Shown here: positions 24,418-37,455 of the stretch, one piece after another
How the letters are laid out: every line of letters begins with the position of its first letter
How positions within the stretch are numbered: position 1 is the first letter of the stretch
Source of the DNA: Squalus acanthias
Lineage: Eukaryota
DNA: 64,000 nt
Direction of reading: 5' to 3'
NCBI GenBank assembly: GCA_030390025.1
Contig: CM059432.1
Location: forward strand, 8,618,001 to 8,682,000
Made by a program: the position numbers and the translations under genes
Notes under the pieces: model-generated
Seen by the model: the letters and a program-made list of their open reading frames with translations, nothing else
Database searches by the model: none
What the model was told of the DNA's origin: nothing

Positions 24418-24966
24418 ATTTTCTCGATGACTAACGTTAATACTAAGGTTGAAGTGCACTTTCATGAATTAAAACACGAAGGTATTCAAAATCAATAATG
24501 GACCTCGAGGAGATAGTTGGTAGTGCAATGGTGCTGTCCTTTGTATATTGATCCATGTTGGAGATATGGCTTCTGAACAGTAGGCCATGATTAAAGCCTG
24601 TTCTAAAATGATGATCGCTGCGAATATAATCTTTTATTTTTAACTTTCAAAAGGGAATTGGATATACACTTGAAAAGGAAAAATGCCCAGGGCTATGGGG
24701 AAAGAGGAGGGGAGTGGGACTAATTGGATCGCTCTTTCAAAGAGCCGGCACAGGCACGATGGGCCGAATTGCCTCCTTCTGCGCTGTAAGATTCTATGCT
24801 TTTCCAATTATGGCAGAATCATGCTATTTTGTTTCACCTCTATTTCATTTTGGGGTATGTTTCTTATCATTTAGTTAGGATTTTTTAATGTGCACAAAGT
24901 CTTCACTGGTCAGTAATATCAGCATTTCACACAGTAACTGTGCCCATGGAAGTCATATTAGAGATA

Positions 24967-25396
24967 GTCAGAAGGTTTAGGGTTCAAGTCCCACTCCAGA
25001 GACTTGAGCCCGTTATCCAGGCTGACACTGCTAGTGCGGTACTGAGGGAGTGCTGCACTGTCGGAGGTGCCGTCCTTCGATGAGACATTAAACCGAGGCC
25101 CCGTCTGCCCTCTCAGGTGGACAAAAAAGATCTTACAACCACTATTTTGAAAAAGAACAGGGGAATTCTTCCCAGTGTCCTGACCATTATTTATCCCTCA
25201 ACCAACATCACTAAAACAGATGATCTGGTCATTATCACATTGCTGTTTGTGGGAGCTTGCTGTGCGCAAATTGGCTGCTGCATTTCCCACATTACAACAG
25301 TGACTACACTTCAAAAAGTACTTCATTGGCTGTAAAGCACTTTGGGATCTCCCTGAGGTTGTGAAAGGCGCTATAGAAATGCAAGTCTTTCTTTCT
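24967..25396 (+). mobile_element. Deu-domain tRNA-SINE (SacSINE1-like)
   Basis: B box GGTTCAAGTCCC, Deu core, tail. Confidence 0.88.
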
Positions 25397-27956
25397 TAAA
25401 AGGAAAGTCTAGAAACACAAAACCCAAAGCACATTGTTAACTGAATGGGGCATTCAGAGAACGCCAGCCTCGGCCCAGCCAGCTTTTGCATGGTGCAGTG
25501 CCATCATCTGACCTGCATATTGTATTGATCTCTTGAATCTAAATGCCAAATAAAGTCCACCTGGCACTAGATCATCAGACAGACAGAAATACCAATTGCA
25601 AACATCTCGATCTTCCTTGGGTGGATGCAATGGTAACGATATTCTGCAGGGATTTATGAAAAAATATGTATCCTTACTTACCATTTTTCGGGCTCTTAGA
25701 GCAGATTTTTTTTTCTTTGTTCACGGGATGTGGGCGTCGCTGGCAAGGCCGGCAGTTATTGCCCATCCCTAGTTGCCCTCGAAGGTAGTGGTGGTGAGTC
25801 GCCTTCTGGAACCGCTGCAGTCCGTGTGGTGATGGTACTCCCACAGTGCTGTTCGGGAGCGAGTTCCAGGATTTTGACCCAGCCACGATGAAGGATCGGC
25901 CGATTTACTTCCAAGTCAGGATGGTGTGTGACACAATAGTAACAGCACTTCATTGGCTGTAAAGCACTTTGGGACGTCCGGTGGTCATGAAAGGCGCTAT
26001 ATAAATGCAAGTCTTTCTTTCTGTATTGCCTGTGAGATATAGAATCATAGAATCATAGAATGGTTACAGCACAGAAGAAGGCCATTCAGCCCATCGAGCT
26101 CGCGCAGGCTCTCTGCAACAGCACCTCAGCTGGTCACTTTCCCCGTAGCCCTGCAAATTTCTTTCCTTCAGATATTTATCCTATTCCTTTTGAAAGATAA
26201 GATTGAGTCTGCCTCCATCACCCTTTTTGGAGGTGCATTCCCAATCTTAACCACTCGCTGCGTAAAAAGTTTTTTCTCATGTCGCCTTTGGTTCTTTTGC
26301 CAATCACCTTAAATCTGTGTCCTCTGGTTCGCGACCCTTCTGCCAATGGTAACAGTTTCCCTCTATCTACTCTGTCCAGACCCCTCATGATCTTGAACAC
26401 CTCTATCAAATCTCCTCTCAATCTTCTCTGCTCCAAGGAGAACAACCCCAGCTTCTCCAGTCTATCAACATAACTCAAGTCCCTCTTTCCTGGAATCATT
26501 CTCGTAAATCTTTTCTGCACCTTCTCTAAGGCCTTCACATCCTTCCTAAAGTGCGGTGCCCAGAATTGGACACAGTACTCCAGTTGGGGCCGAACCATTG
26601 TTTTATACAGGCTCATCATAATTTCCACACTTTTGTACTCTATACCTCTATTTATGAAGCCCAGGATCCCGTAAGCTTTTTTAACAGCTTTCTCAACCTG
26701 CCCTGCCACCTTCAAAGATTTTTGCACACATACCCCTAGGTCTCTCTGTTCATGCACCCCTTTTAAGATTGTATCATTTAGTTTATATTGCCTCTCCTCA
26801 TTCTTTCTACCAAAATGTATCACTTCGCACTTTTCTGTGTTAAATTTCATCTGCTACGTGTCTGCCCATTTCACCAGCCTGTCTATGTCTTCCTGAAGTC
26901 TATCACTATCCTCCTCACTGTTCACTTTACTTCCAAGTTTTGTGTCATCTGCAAATCACTATCCTCCTCACTGTTCACTTTACTTCCAAGTTTTGTGTCA
27001 TCTGCAAATTTTGAAACTGTGCCCTGTACACCCACGTCCAAGTCATTAAGATATATCAAGAAAAGCAGTGGTCCTAGAACCGACCCCTGGGGAACAAAAC
27101 TCTATACCTTCTAGTTCGAAAAACAACCTTTCACCACTACTGTCACTTAGCCAATTTCGTATGCATGCTGCCACTGTCCCTTTTATTCCATGGGCTTCAA
27201 CTTTGCTGGCAAGCCTATTATGTGGCACATTGTCGAACGCCTTTTGGAAATCCATGTACACTACGTCAACCGCATTACCCTCATCAACCCTCTCTGTTAC
27301 CTCATCAAAAACTCGATCAAGTTGGTTAAACACGATTTGCCTTTAACAAATCCGTGCTGGCTTTCCTTAATTAATCCACACCTATGCAAGTGACTCTTAA
27401 TTTTGTCCCTGGTTACTGTTTCTAAAAGCTCCCCACTACCGAGGTTAAACTGACTGGCCTGTAGTTGCTGGGTTTATCTTTACACCCTTTTTTGAACAAT
27501 GGTGTAACATTTGCAATTCTCCAGTCCTCTGGTACCATCTATCTATCTATGGAGGATTGGAGTATTATGGCCAGTACCTCCATGATTTCTGCCCTCAATT
27601 CCCTCAGCATCCTAGGATGCATCCCATCCACTCCTGGTGATTTATCAACTTTAAGTATAGCCAGCTGTGATATCTTGAGACACAGCATATATATACAAAA
27701 GCACAACATGGCTTCCGGTAAGAACTGTACTGCATATGGCTTTATTATTATATACATCAGAAATCCACCAGGTGGCTCTATTACACTTCTCCCTCCTTAT
27801 TGAAGAAGTTAATAACAGCAAATAATCATTGTACATGACATGCATGGTATACACAACTCATGGTATATATTTCTCAAATGGAACTTATTTTATGTTTCCA
27901 AATTCTACTATAGAATTCTGTAACACGAACAAAAGATATGAACTTATTTTCCATAT

Positions 27957-30900
27957 TTACAGACTAAACTTAACCACTGGTTTTCTGTTTCGAAGAGGAT
28001 ACCTTCTTTCTTGAACAGAACTTTCAGATCTTGTTGTAGGACTCATTCTAGGCTGAGCCTGCGGAGAATTTTTCTCCACGGGCTGACCTTGATCTACATT
28101 TGGACTCTTTACACTTTCAGACTGTTTGTCTACCTGACTTGGGCTCAGACTTAAATTCTGACTTTGTCTTGGACTTGTTTCTGGTACGTCTGATGTAGGA
28201 TTTGCTACTGGTACTCTACTTGTAACAAGACTATCTGACTCATCAGAATAAATTGAATCATCCCAGCTTTCAAATATGTGCGAGGGCCACATTTCTTCAC
28301 TACTCTTCCTGGTAACCATTTTAACCATTTATGGTGATGGTTCTTCATTCTAACCTTCTGGTTCAACTTCATACTTCTCTTTCTAACTCTACCTTTATCA
28401 TGACTCTCTTTCTGCCTTGATTGTTTCTCTTATACGAACTGTGCCAAGTTTGGCTTTAACAATGAGAACCTGGTTCGTGGCTGTCGTTTGAGAAACAACT
28501 CTGCTGGTTTTCCACCAGTAGTGGCATGAGGAGTATTTGGGATAACCACTCTTGCTCCCCACATGATACAATCTTTATCCACTGACAATTCATTCCTACG
28601 AACAAAGTATGGATGGATATCTTCCTCTGATACCTGGTTTGCCATCCATTTGCTATGTAATCATACACCTTTGACATAATTGGGTCACGTTTGGTTGCCC
28701 TACCAATCTCTTCAGCTGTGACTGGCAGCTCATCAATGTATGAGAAATAGAACACTTCTTCCTTATTGGGTGTAACTTGTGATGGGGATGGCAACCTGGA
28801 CATAGCATCAGCGTTACTGTGATCAGCTGATCATCTGTACTCAATATCATACGTATACGCTGACAAAATCAAAGCCCATCTCTGCATTCGGGCTGCAGCT
28901 AAGGTTGGAACTGGGGACTTTGGATGGAGGATTGCTGTCAGGGGCTTATGGTCAGTAACTATGATAAATTTATGACCAAACAAGTATTTGTGAAACTTCT
29001 TGACCCCAAAAATCAATGACAAAGCTTCCCTTTCGATCTGTGTATAATTCCGCTCACTGGTACTGAGAGTGTGGGAAGCAAAAGCAGTTGGTCTCTCCTC
29101 CCCACTATCGAGTACATGAGAGATCACTGCCCCAACTCCGTACGGAGAGGCATCACACACCAGCTTGATCTCCTTAGATACATCATAGTGAACTAACATG
29201 GTACTCTCTACTAACTGGCTTTTACACTCTTTGAATGCTGTGTCGCAATCTTTTGACCACTTCCAAGGGACCTGTTTTCTCAACAGCTCATTCAGTGGAT
29301 GTAACAATGTAGCCATGTTTGGAAGGAACGTTCCGTAATAATACAAAAGACCCAAAAATGATTGAAGTTCAGAGACATTCTTGGGAGTGGGTGCATTTCT
29401 GATTGCATCCAGCTTTCCCTTGGTTGGAAGTGAACCATCTTTGTCTACTCTGTGTCCTAAGTACTCCACTGAGTTTTGAAACAACTCACACTTGTGAGCT
29501 GTCACTCGTACTCCGTGCTTCTCTAGCTGTTTGAGCACTTTATTCAACACCTCATCATGGATTTGCCTGTTTGGTGCTGAAATGAGTATGTCATCCAAAT
29601 AACACACTACCCCTTCAATCCCTTGCAAAATTTGGTTCATCACCCCCTGGAATATGTCGGGGGTAGAAGACACTCCAAGTGGTAGCTTATTGAACTGATA
29701 TAGGCCTCAGTGAGTATTTATAGTCAAGCATGACTTGGACTCTTCATCTAACTCAAGTTGTAGGTAGGCGTTTGTTAGATCTAACTTCGAAAAGATCTGG
29801 CCACCTGTCAGCATTGTGAACAAATCTTCCACATTTGGCAATGTATTGGGTAGATTACACTCTAGAACCTGGTTTACGGTTACCTTATAATCACCACACA
29901 ACCTTACCTTACCATCTGACTTAGGTACAACAGCAATGGGTGCAGCCCAATTACTCAGATCTACCTTAGAGATAATGGGCCGAAAATTGATCCCGGGACG
30001 CGAGAGTACGCACTGCATACTCTCGCGTATTCCCACTCCAATTGCCGGTTTTCTGCATGCCCTGCGCATGCGCTGAAAACCGGCAATTGCTCTTCCGAAA
30101 AGGGGGCGGGGCTTGAGTGCATCGCGTGCGCGCTACAGGCTGCGCGCACGCTGTGCACTTCATGCTTTGGACGCGCAGGTAAGTAGGGAAGATTTTGGAA
30201 ATGTAAAAAGGAGGAGTAAGACCCGCTTTTAAGAAGGTAAGTAGTGAATTAAGTATTTTTTTGAATTTTTTTTTACAGGTATATCTTTTTTATAGACTTT
30301 AAAGACAGGTAAGTTTATTTTTATAACTTTTTAAAAGATTTTAAATTTTTTCAAAAATTTAATTTTTTATTTAAAATGGTTAATTTAATTAACTATACTT
30401 ATTTTATTAATGTGATGGTTTTTTTTTAATTTAATTGAGGTTTAGCTGTTATTTTGGGGGGGTGTAAGATTCATAAGTCTCACAGCTATGCTGTGAGACT
30501 TATGAATGGAAGATGGTGTGCTGCCATTGGCTCTAACTGAGTCACGTGATCCCACAGCTCGCACGAATTAACTACGCCGCTGGGATACGCAAGCCCAGCA
30601 CAGCTGATGTCTGGAACATCAATTTCGTGCGAGCTGGATCAGAAAAAGCATAAGCGAGGTGAGACATCGCGGGGAAGGCTTACCCCCGCGGGAACAGAGC
30701 GAGATCAATTTCTGGGCCAATGTTCTCAGTTTCTAGTCTTTCGAGTTCTTGCTCAACTTTCTCCTTGAGTGTGTATGATACGGGACGTGGCTTACAGTAA
30801 ACTGGTCTTGCATCCTTCTGCACTCTGACACTCGCCTTGAAGTCTTGGATCAGACTGCCCGTTTCGCTGAACACCTGCTTGATGACATCATCTTTCGATG

Positions 30901-32128
30901 CAAATTTCGCTTCTGCACGAAAAATCTCATTCCAATCCAGCTTCAGTGATCCCAACCAATTTCTCCCTATCAAGGCAGGCTTGTCTCCTGCCACTACTAT
31001 GAGAGGCAAGCTCTGACACTGATCCTTGTATTTCACTGGTATGGTGACGCTTCCTACTACAATGATTTGCTCTCCTGAGTAGCCTCGCAGCTCTACCTTC
31101 GATTTCTCTAGTCGATAATCATGCAACTTGTCGCGATATAGTGATTCCGGTACTACGCTCATGGATGCACCAGTGTTGATTTCCATGGGTATCCTGGTTC
31201 CTGCGACATCTACTTGGATGACGATACCTTGCGAATCGCTGTTAGATACCTTCGTGCTCCTAATGACATGAATCTCCAGAAACTCCTCGTCCTGCTGCTT
31301 CTCTTCAACGGTATGTAGTGTCTGCCGATTTCTACTTCTAGCATTGCCAGTCGGTTTACTCTTTGTCGGCACACCTTCACAAGATGCCCAGTTTTCTTGC
31401 CGTAGAAACACACTGCCTTCACAATGGACAACTTTGAGCGATGTATTGTCCCAGGCACCGATAGCACGACTTCAATGCACTGTTACCTTGGCCAGTTGCT
31501 GAGGCCTTGGGGCCCAACTGCCTTTTACTTTTAGCCTGCAGCCAATTCACCTCAGTTGGCTGATGACTGGAAATGGCACGGAACTCTCGGGAGTATCAGT
31601 CGGCCACATCCATGGACATAGCTGTCTGACAAGCCAAGTCAAAAGTCAAGTTAGGGGGTTGTCAACAATTTACTTCTGATATGTTCATTTTTCAACCCAC
31701 AAACAAAGCGGTCGCGCAAAGCTCGGTCCTGAAAGTTTCCAAAATGACAGCTTTTTTAAAGCTACAATGTACTCACTGATACCCTCGTCATTTAATTGAC
31801 CACATGTTCCAAAATGATAACTTTCAGCAATTTCCAGGGGCTCAGGACTGTAGTGCTGTTCCAACTTGGTTAGGATCTCCTTCAGTGGCATGTCCTTCGG
31901 CTTGGCGGGAACAAGCACATTTTTCAGGGCTTCACACACCTCGGGGCCTGCTTCAGTCAAAAAAATAGCCCGTTTCATTTCTAAAACCACCCGGTTACGG
32001 TTTACATCATCGGGGACTTCGATGATACTATTCACGGTGAAAAACATTTCTAGCCACTGCACATACAAAGTCTCTCGGTCGCAATGGAACTCACCCAAGC
32101 GCCCTATTATTCCCACAGGCACAGCCAT
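27957..32128 (-). pseudogene. Gypsy gag-pol pseudogene
   Basis: Gag start MAVPVGIIG, degenerate knuckle CFYGKKTGHLVKVC, protease INTGASMS, RT RLCGDYK/YLDD, RNase H CDASPYGVGAV; RVVIP fused directly to NTPHATTG; many stops and frameshifts. Confidence 0.93.
29977..30718. mobile_element. Harbinger-type MITE, 742 bp, inserted in Gypsy RT
   Basis: Imperfect 16-bp TIR ending AAATTGATC, TSD AAT; removal restores ETENI-ISKVD. Confidence 0.92.
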
Positions 32129-32284
32129 CTGGACTCTGGCAACGTCGACAGTTCAGCCACGTGTGCTCGAAATTTACCTCGGATTTTTACGTTTTTCTGC
32201 AAAACGAAGAACCTCTAACAGTCCTTCCGTCGGTTGGCAGGATTATCCTCCAACAAAAGTTTCAGCTAGGGAATCCCCAATCGC

Positions 32285-32297
32285 ATCCTCATCGCCA
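32285..32297 (-). promoter_or_regulatory. Gypsy primer-binding site, tRNA-Ser(GCT)-like
   Basis: TGGCGATGAGGAT 4 nt inside the 5' LTR; one transition from TGGCGACGAGGAT. Confidence 0.75.
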
Positions 32298-33734
32298 ATT
32301 CTGTGATATCTTGAGACACAGCGTATATGTACAACAGCACAACATGGCTTCCAGTAAGAACTGTACTGCACATGGCTTTATTATTATATACATCAGTAGT
32401 CCACCAGGTGGCTCTATTACACCAGCCTTTCTAATACCTCTTCTTTATCAATTTTTATCCTATCAAGTGTCTCCACTACCTCCTCCTTCACTATGTCTAT
32501 GGCAGCATCCTCTTCATTGGTGATATTTTTTTTTTAAAAAGCTATCAGGCTAAAATCTTGCCGAATACTTTATTATAAGATAAAAACTGCTAAAGAGAAA
32601 CCATATCATCTGCAAATAGCAAAGAATCGGAACCTTGGCACGATTTGAAAAGCAATCAGAGTAGAAGAAATGTTTGCAACAATATCTCCTTTATCATTCT
32701 TGTATATCTTAGATGTTAAAAAAAAAACATGGTCACGCTCTGAAACACGCAGAGGAAGCCATTACTCAGAAGAGTGACAAGTATTTGTAGAGCAGACACT
32801 GAACATTTATCAACGTTCCCTTCTGTGGGTCTCTTTCCATATGGTAAAGCGCTTAATAGAGGGTTTACAGCAGATTACTGGGTCCTGAGGTGGATTATTG
32901 GTTATTTACACAGTATTTTATCTGGCAGTGTTTTAGGTGGAAGCAAGGCAGCACATCTCACGCTGTGCTGTACAAACTTGCCAAGGGAGCAGAAGCTGAT
33001 CAGCTGGCTAACAAAGTATAACAAAGTGTAATTAAATCAAATGCTGCACCATTATTTACACAGCGGGAACAGCCTCCCCTATAATTGCATGGGATGGTGC
33101 TATATGTTCAAATGCCCTTCTGAATTACATGGATAGATGAGCCATTGAGCCGCAATGGAACGTACAAGTACCTGCAAGACTTAACTAATAACACCATTAG
33201 CAACAGAAATGTGTTCGCATCGTCCAATCCAAAGTGAAAGGATTTATACGTCTGCAATTAAGAGTCAATCCAACGCGAGTGTAATTTCCGTTTGGATTGA
33301 ATCGCATATCAGTGTAAATGAGAGCGCAGATATTTTCTGGATTCTAGCATTCCAGAATCAACATTTTGAGCAATGAGGATACTAACTTGGAGTATATAGA
33401 AGACATCATCAGCAGAACATCTGTTAGAGGTGCACACGCAGGCCGGCGAACTGGAACCCCCCACAGATCTGCTGACACATTATTGGAGCCACATTTCACA
33501 TTCTTCCCGACAATTTGCGGTTTAGCATTGCTCAAATTTTATTACATTATGTGCTACTGACAACGAACAAGGAAATATACTTCTTCCTCTTGCATTATTA
33601 CTTGACCAACCATTATATTCTCGTTTAATTTGATAGAATTTTTTTTTATATATGATCATTATTATTACTATTTAACCTTTCTGGCAGAAAATTGTGGGAA
33701 ATTCCTCTGTTCCTCTTGTGAATCATCATGCTAA

Positions 33735-34895
33735 GTGGGTTCAAGTCCCACTCCACGAGACTTGAGCACAAAAATCTAGGCTGACACTCCCAGTGCAGTA
33801 CTGAGGGAGTGCTGCACTGTCGGAGGTACCATCTTTCGAATGAGACATTAAACCGAGGCCCCGTTTGCTCTCTCAGGTGGACGTAAAAGATCCAATGGCA
33901 CTATTTCGAAGAAGAGCAGGGGAGTTATCCCTGGTGTCCTGGCCAATATTTATCCCTCAATCAACATTAAGAAGTTTGCAGATGACACAAAAATTGGCCG
34001 TGTGGTTGATAGTGAGGAAGAAAGCTGTAGACTACAGGGAGATATCAATGGACTGGTCCAGTGGGCAGAAAAGTGTCCAATGGAATTCAATCCGGAGAAG
34101 TGTGAGGTAATGCATTTGGGAAGGGTTAACAAGGCAAGGGATTAGACAATAAATGGTAGGACACTGAGAAGTGTAGAGGAACAGAGAGACCTTGGAGTGC
34201 ATGTCCACAGATCCCTGAAGGTAGCAGGACAGGTAGATAAGGTGGTTAAGAAGGTATATGGGACACTTGCCTATATTAGCCGAGGTATAGAATATAAGAG
34301 CAGGGAGGTTATGCTTGAACTGTATAAAACTCTAGTTAGGCCGCAGCTAGAGTACTGTGCGCAGTTCTGGTCACCTACAGGAAAGATGTGATTGCACTAG
34401 AGAGGGTGCAGTGGAGAATTACGAGGATGTTGCCAGGAATGGAGAATTTTAGCTATGAGGAAAGATTGGATAGGGTGGGGTTGTTTTCTTTGGAACAGAG
34501 GAGGCTGAGGGGAGACTTAATTGAGGTGTATAAAATTATGAGGGGCCTAGATAGAGTGGATAGGAAGGACCTATTTCCCTTAGCAGAGGGGTCAATAACC
34601 AGGGGGCATAGATTTAAAGTAATTGGTCGGAGGTTTAGAGGAGAGTTGAGGAGAAATTTTTTGACCCAGAGGGTGGTGGGGGTCTGGAACTCATTGCCTG
34701 AAAAGGATGGTAGAGGCAGAAACCCTCCTCACATTTAAAGAGTACTTGGATGTGCACTTGAAGTGTCGTAACCTACAGGGCTACGGACCAAGAGCTGAAA
34801 AGTGGGATTAGGCTGGATAGCTCTTTGTCAGCCGGCACGGACAAGGTGGGCCGAATGGCCTCCTTCTGTGCTGTAAATTTCTATGATTCTATGAT
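33735..34895 (+). mobile_element. Partial Deu-SINE (33735-33970) abutting a CR1 3' fragment (33971-34895)
   Basis: SINE core switches to KFADDTKIG...; CR1 tail TTCTATGATTCTATGA. Confidence 0.9.
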
Positions 34896-34949
34896 TCGAG
34901 CCTGACCAGGAATGGGAAAGGTACAAATAGACTATCCACCCAATCTACG

Positions 34950-35197
34950 TTGGTCTTCCTGTCAAAATCTATGAATGGAGATTGCCTGCTCTGATTGGCT
35001 CTCCATGGCCCACGTGATCCCAGGGGACGCTTCGAACTAACTGCGCCCCTGGGATACGCAAGCACTGCGCGCCGGCAGCTGCAGGAGGCCCAGGAGCCGA
35101 ATTTCACGCGGGCCCGAAGCACAGCGGCAGGCGCGCTAGGTAAGTACGCGCGCGATCCTTGCACCCACGGGAAGCCGGAGAGCCGAATTTCTGGCCC
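34950..35197. mobile_element. Partial Harbinger-type MITE related to 14302-14809
   Basis: Shared internal sequence and AATTTCTGGCCC end. Confidence 0.65.
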
Positions 35198-35498
35198 AAT
35201 ATCATGCTCTCCACACCCAAGTCCAAATCATCTATATAGAATCGGGAGCAAAAGTGGACACGGCTCTGGCCTCCAGGATATACCACTTCCAACCCTTCTC
35301 CAATTCGAGTAACATTCTGTAACCAGAACTCTGTTTCCTGCCCAAACACCAACTTTCTATGCCAAACCTCCTCCCAGGTTCCCCTCTGCCCTGACCCTAA
35401 ACCCTCTCTAGTTTCTCTCCCATCTCCCCATATATTCTCTCCGAGCTCATTTTGTTCATGAATCCCACCTCCTGCTCCCTTGAATCAATTCCTACTAT

Positions 35499-35965
35499 GT
35501 GAGCCACAGCTCAGTGGGTAGCACTCTCACCTCTGTGTCAGAAGGTTGTGGGTTCAAGTCCCACTCCAGAGACTTGAGCACAAAAATCTAGGCTGACACT
35601 CCAGTACCTGACTGAGGGAGCGCTACACTGTCGGAGGTGCCGTCTTTCAGATGTGATGTTAAACCAAGGCCCCGTCTGCTCTCTCAGGTTGAGGTAAAAG
35701 ATCCCATGGCGCTATTTTGAAGAAGAGCAGGGGAGTTGTCCCCGGTGTCCTGGCCACTATTTATCCCTCAATCAATATCACTAAAATCAGATTAGCTGGT
35801 TATTATCACGTTACTATTTGCGGGATCTTGCTGTGTGCAAATTGGCTGCCGTGTTTCCTACATTTCCTATATTTCAAAAGTACTTCATTGGCTGTAAAGC
35901 GCTTTGGAACGTCCTGAGGTCGTGAAAGGCGCTACATAAATGCAAGTCTTTCTTTTTTCTTTTTT
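35499..35965 (+). mobile_element. Full-length Deu-domain tRNA-SINE
   Basis: A box AGCTCAGTGGG, B box GGTTCAAGTCCC, core and tail. Confidence 0.9.
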
Positions 35966-36574
35966 CTATGCTGCTGACCGCCAACGCCCCTTCTTGGCTC
36001 CCATGCTAGCTGACATTGTAAATGGTTCCATCTCCTCAGGTACCGTACCACTCTATTAAAAAAACCACCATAAATTCCCCTCCTCAAAAAAACCAGCCTC
36101 GAACCCTCTATCCTTGCAAAGCATCACCCAGCTCCATTCTCCCAGTCTTCTCCAAAGCCCTTGAATGTGTTGCTACCTCCTGAATCCATGCCATCTTGCC
36201 TGCAGCTTCCTGATTTGAATCTCTCCAATTGGGTTTCCCCCCCCCCCCACCCATCATCACTGAAACGGCCCTATCTAAAATCATAAATCACATCTTCGGT
36301 GACCGTGCAGTCTCTCTCCTCATCCTCCTCAGCCACACTGCAGCCTTTGACATAATCGATCACATCATCTCCTCCAAGGCCTCTCGTCCATTATCCAACT
36401 CAATGGGACCGCCCTCACTTGGTTGCACTCTTACCTATTTAATCAAAGCCCAGGCATCGCCATAAATGGCTTATCTTCCCCACCCCCACCCCCCATACCA
36501 TTACCCCAACTATCTGTCCTTGACTCCCTCCCCCTTTAGGTGCGATTTCCACCAGCTGAACTGAAGACTGAAGC

Positions 36575-36702
36575 AAAAGCAAAACACTGCGGATGCTGGA
36601 AATCTGACATATAAAGAGAAAATGCTGGAAATGCTCAGCTGGGCCAGGCAGCATCTGTGGAGAGAGAAACAGAGTTAACGTTTCAGCTCGATGACCTTTC
36701 AT
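36575..36702 (-). mobile_element. Short Penelope-type element (second family) with truncated hammerhead
   Basis: 9-bp TSD GACTGAAGC (36566-74, 36703-11); minus strand ATGAAAGGTCATCGAGCTGAAACGTTAAC. Confidence 0.65.
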
Positions 36703-36715
36703 GACTGAAGCTATT

Positions 36716-37455
36716 GGCCCAAAAATTCGTGAGTGAGCCTTCGTGCGCGGGTAAGGCTTCCCCGCGATCTCTCACTGCGCGCTGGCTTTTTCAGTCCGAG
36801 CTCGCATGAACTTGATGTTCTGGACAGCAGCTGTGCAGGGCTTCCGTATCCCACAGGCGTAGTTAATTCGTGCGAGCTGTGGGATCACGTGATTCAGTTA
36901 GAGCCAATGGCAGCACACCATCTTTCATTCATAGCTTTCACATAAGTGCTGTGAAAGCTATGAATCTATACCCCCCCAAAAGAACAGCTAAACCTCAATT
37001 AAATTAAAAAAAACCATCACATTAATAAAATAAGTATAGTTAAATAAATTAATCATTTTAAACAAAAAATTAAATTTTTGAAAAAATTTAAAATCTTTTA
37101 AAAAGTTATAAAAATAAACTTACCTGTCTTTAAAGTCTCTAAAAAATATATACCTGTTAAAAAAAATTCAAAATAATACTTAATTAACTACTTACCTTGT
37201 TAAAAGAGGGTCTTACGCCTCCTTTCTTTATGTCTAAAATGTTCCATGCTTACCTGCGCGTTCAAAGCACTAAGTGCACTGTGTGCGCGCAGCCTGTAGC
37301 GCGCACGCGGTTCACCTAGGAACCGCCCCCTTTTGAATTCACCAAGTGCCGGTTTTCAGCGCATGCGCAGTGCATGCAGAAAACCGGCAATTGGAGACAG
37401 AATACGCGAGAGTACACAGTGCGTACTCTCGCGTAGCGGCACTAATTTTTGGGCC
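36716..37455. mobile_element. Harbinger-type MITE, inverted sister copy of 29977-30718
   Basis: TIR GGCCCAAAAATT, TSD ATT, colinear internal sequence. Confidence 0.92.

Larger units (their letters stand above)
27666..32421 (-). mobile_element. Ty3/Gypsy LTR retrotransposon, decayed, integrase core deleted
   Basis: 120-bp LTRs at 27666-27785 and 32302-32421 (7 differences by manual count), 5-bp TSD CCAGC, PBS and PPT, gag-pro-RT-RH-IN order. Confidence 0.96.
26040..32522 (-). mobile_element. CR1 LINE (26040-27660 and 32427-32522) interrupted by the Gypsy element
   Basis: RT motifs DFQKAFDNVPH, KFADD, KCEVIHFG; KVDKSPGVDGMHPR continues across the insertion; (ATCATAGA)n tail. Confidence 0.92.

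Noticed and set aside
25454..25684. Possible host exon on the minus strand (CCCTGCAG acceptor)
   Set aside because: No recognisable protein in any frame and no partner exons
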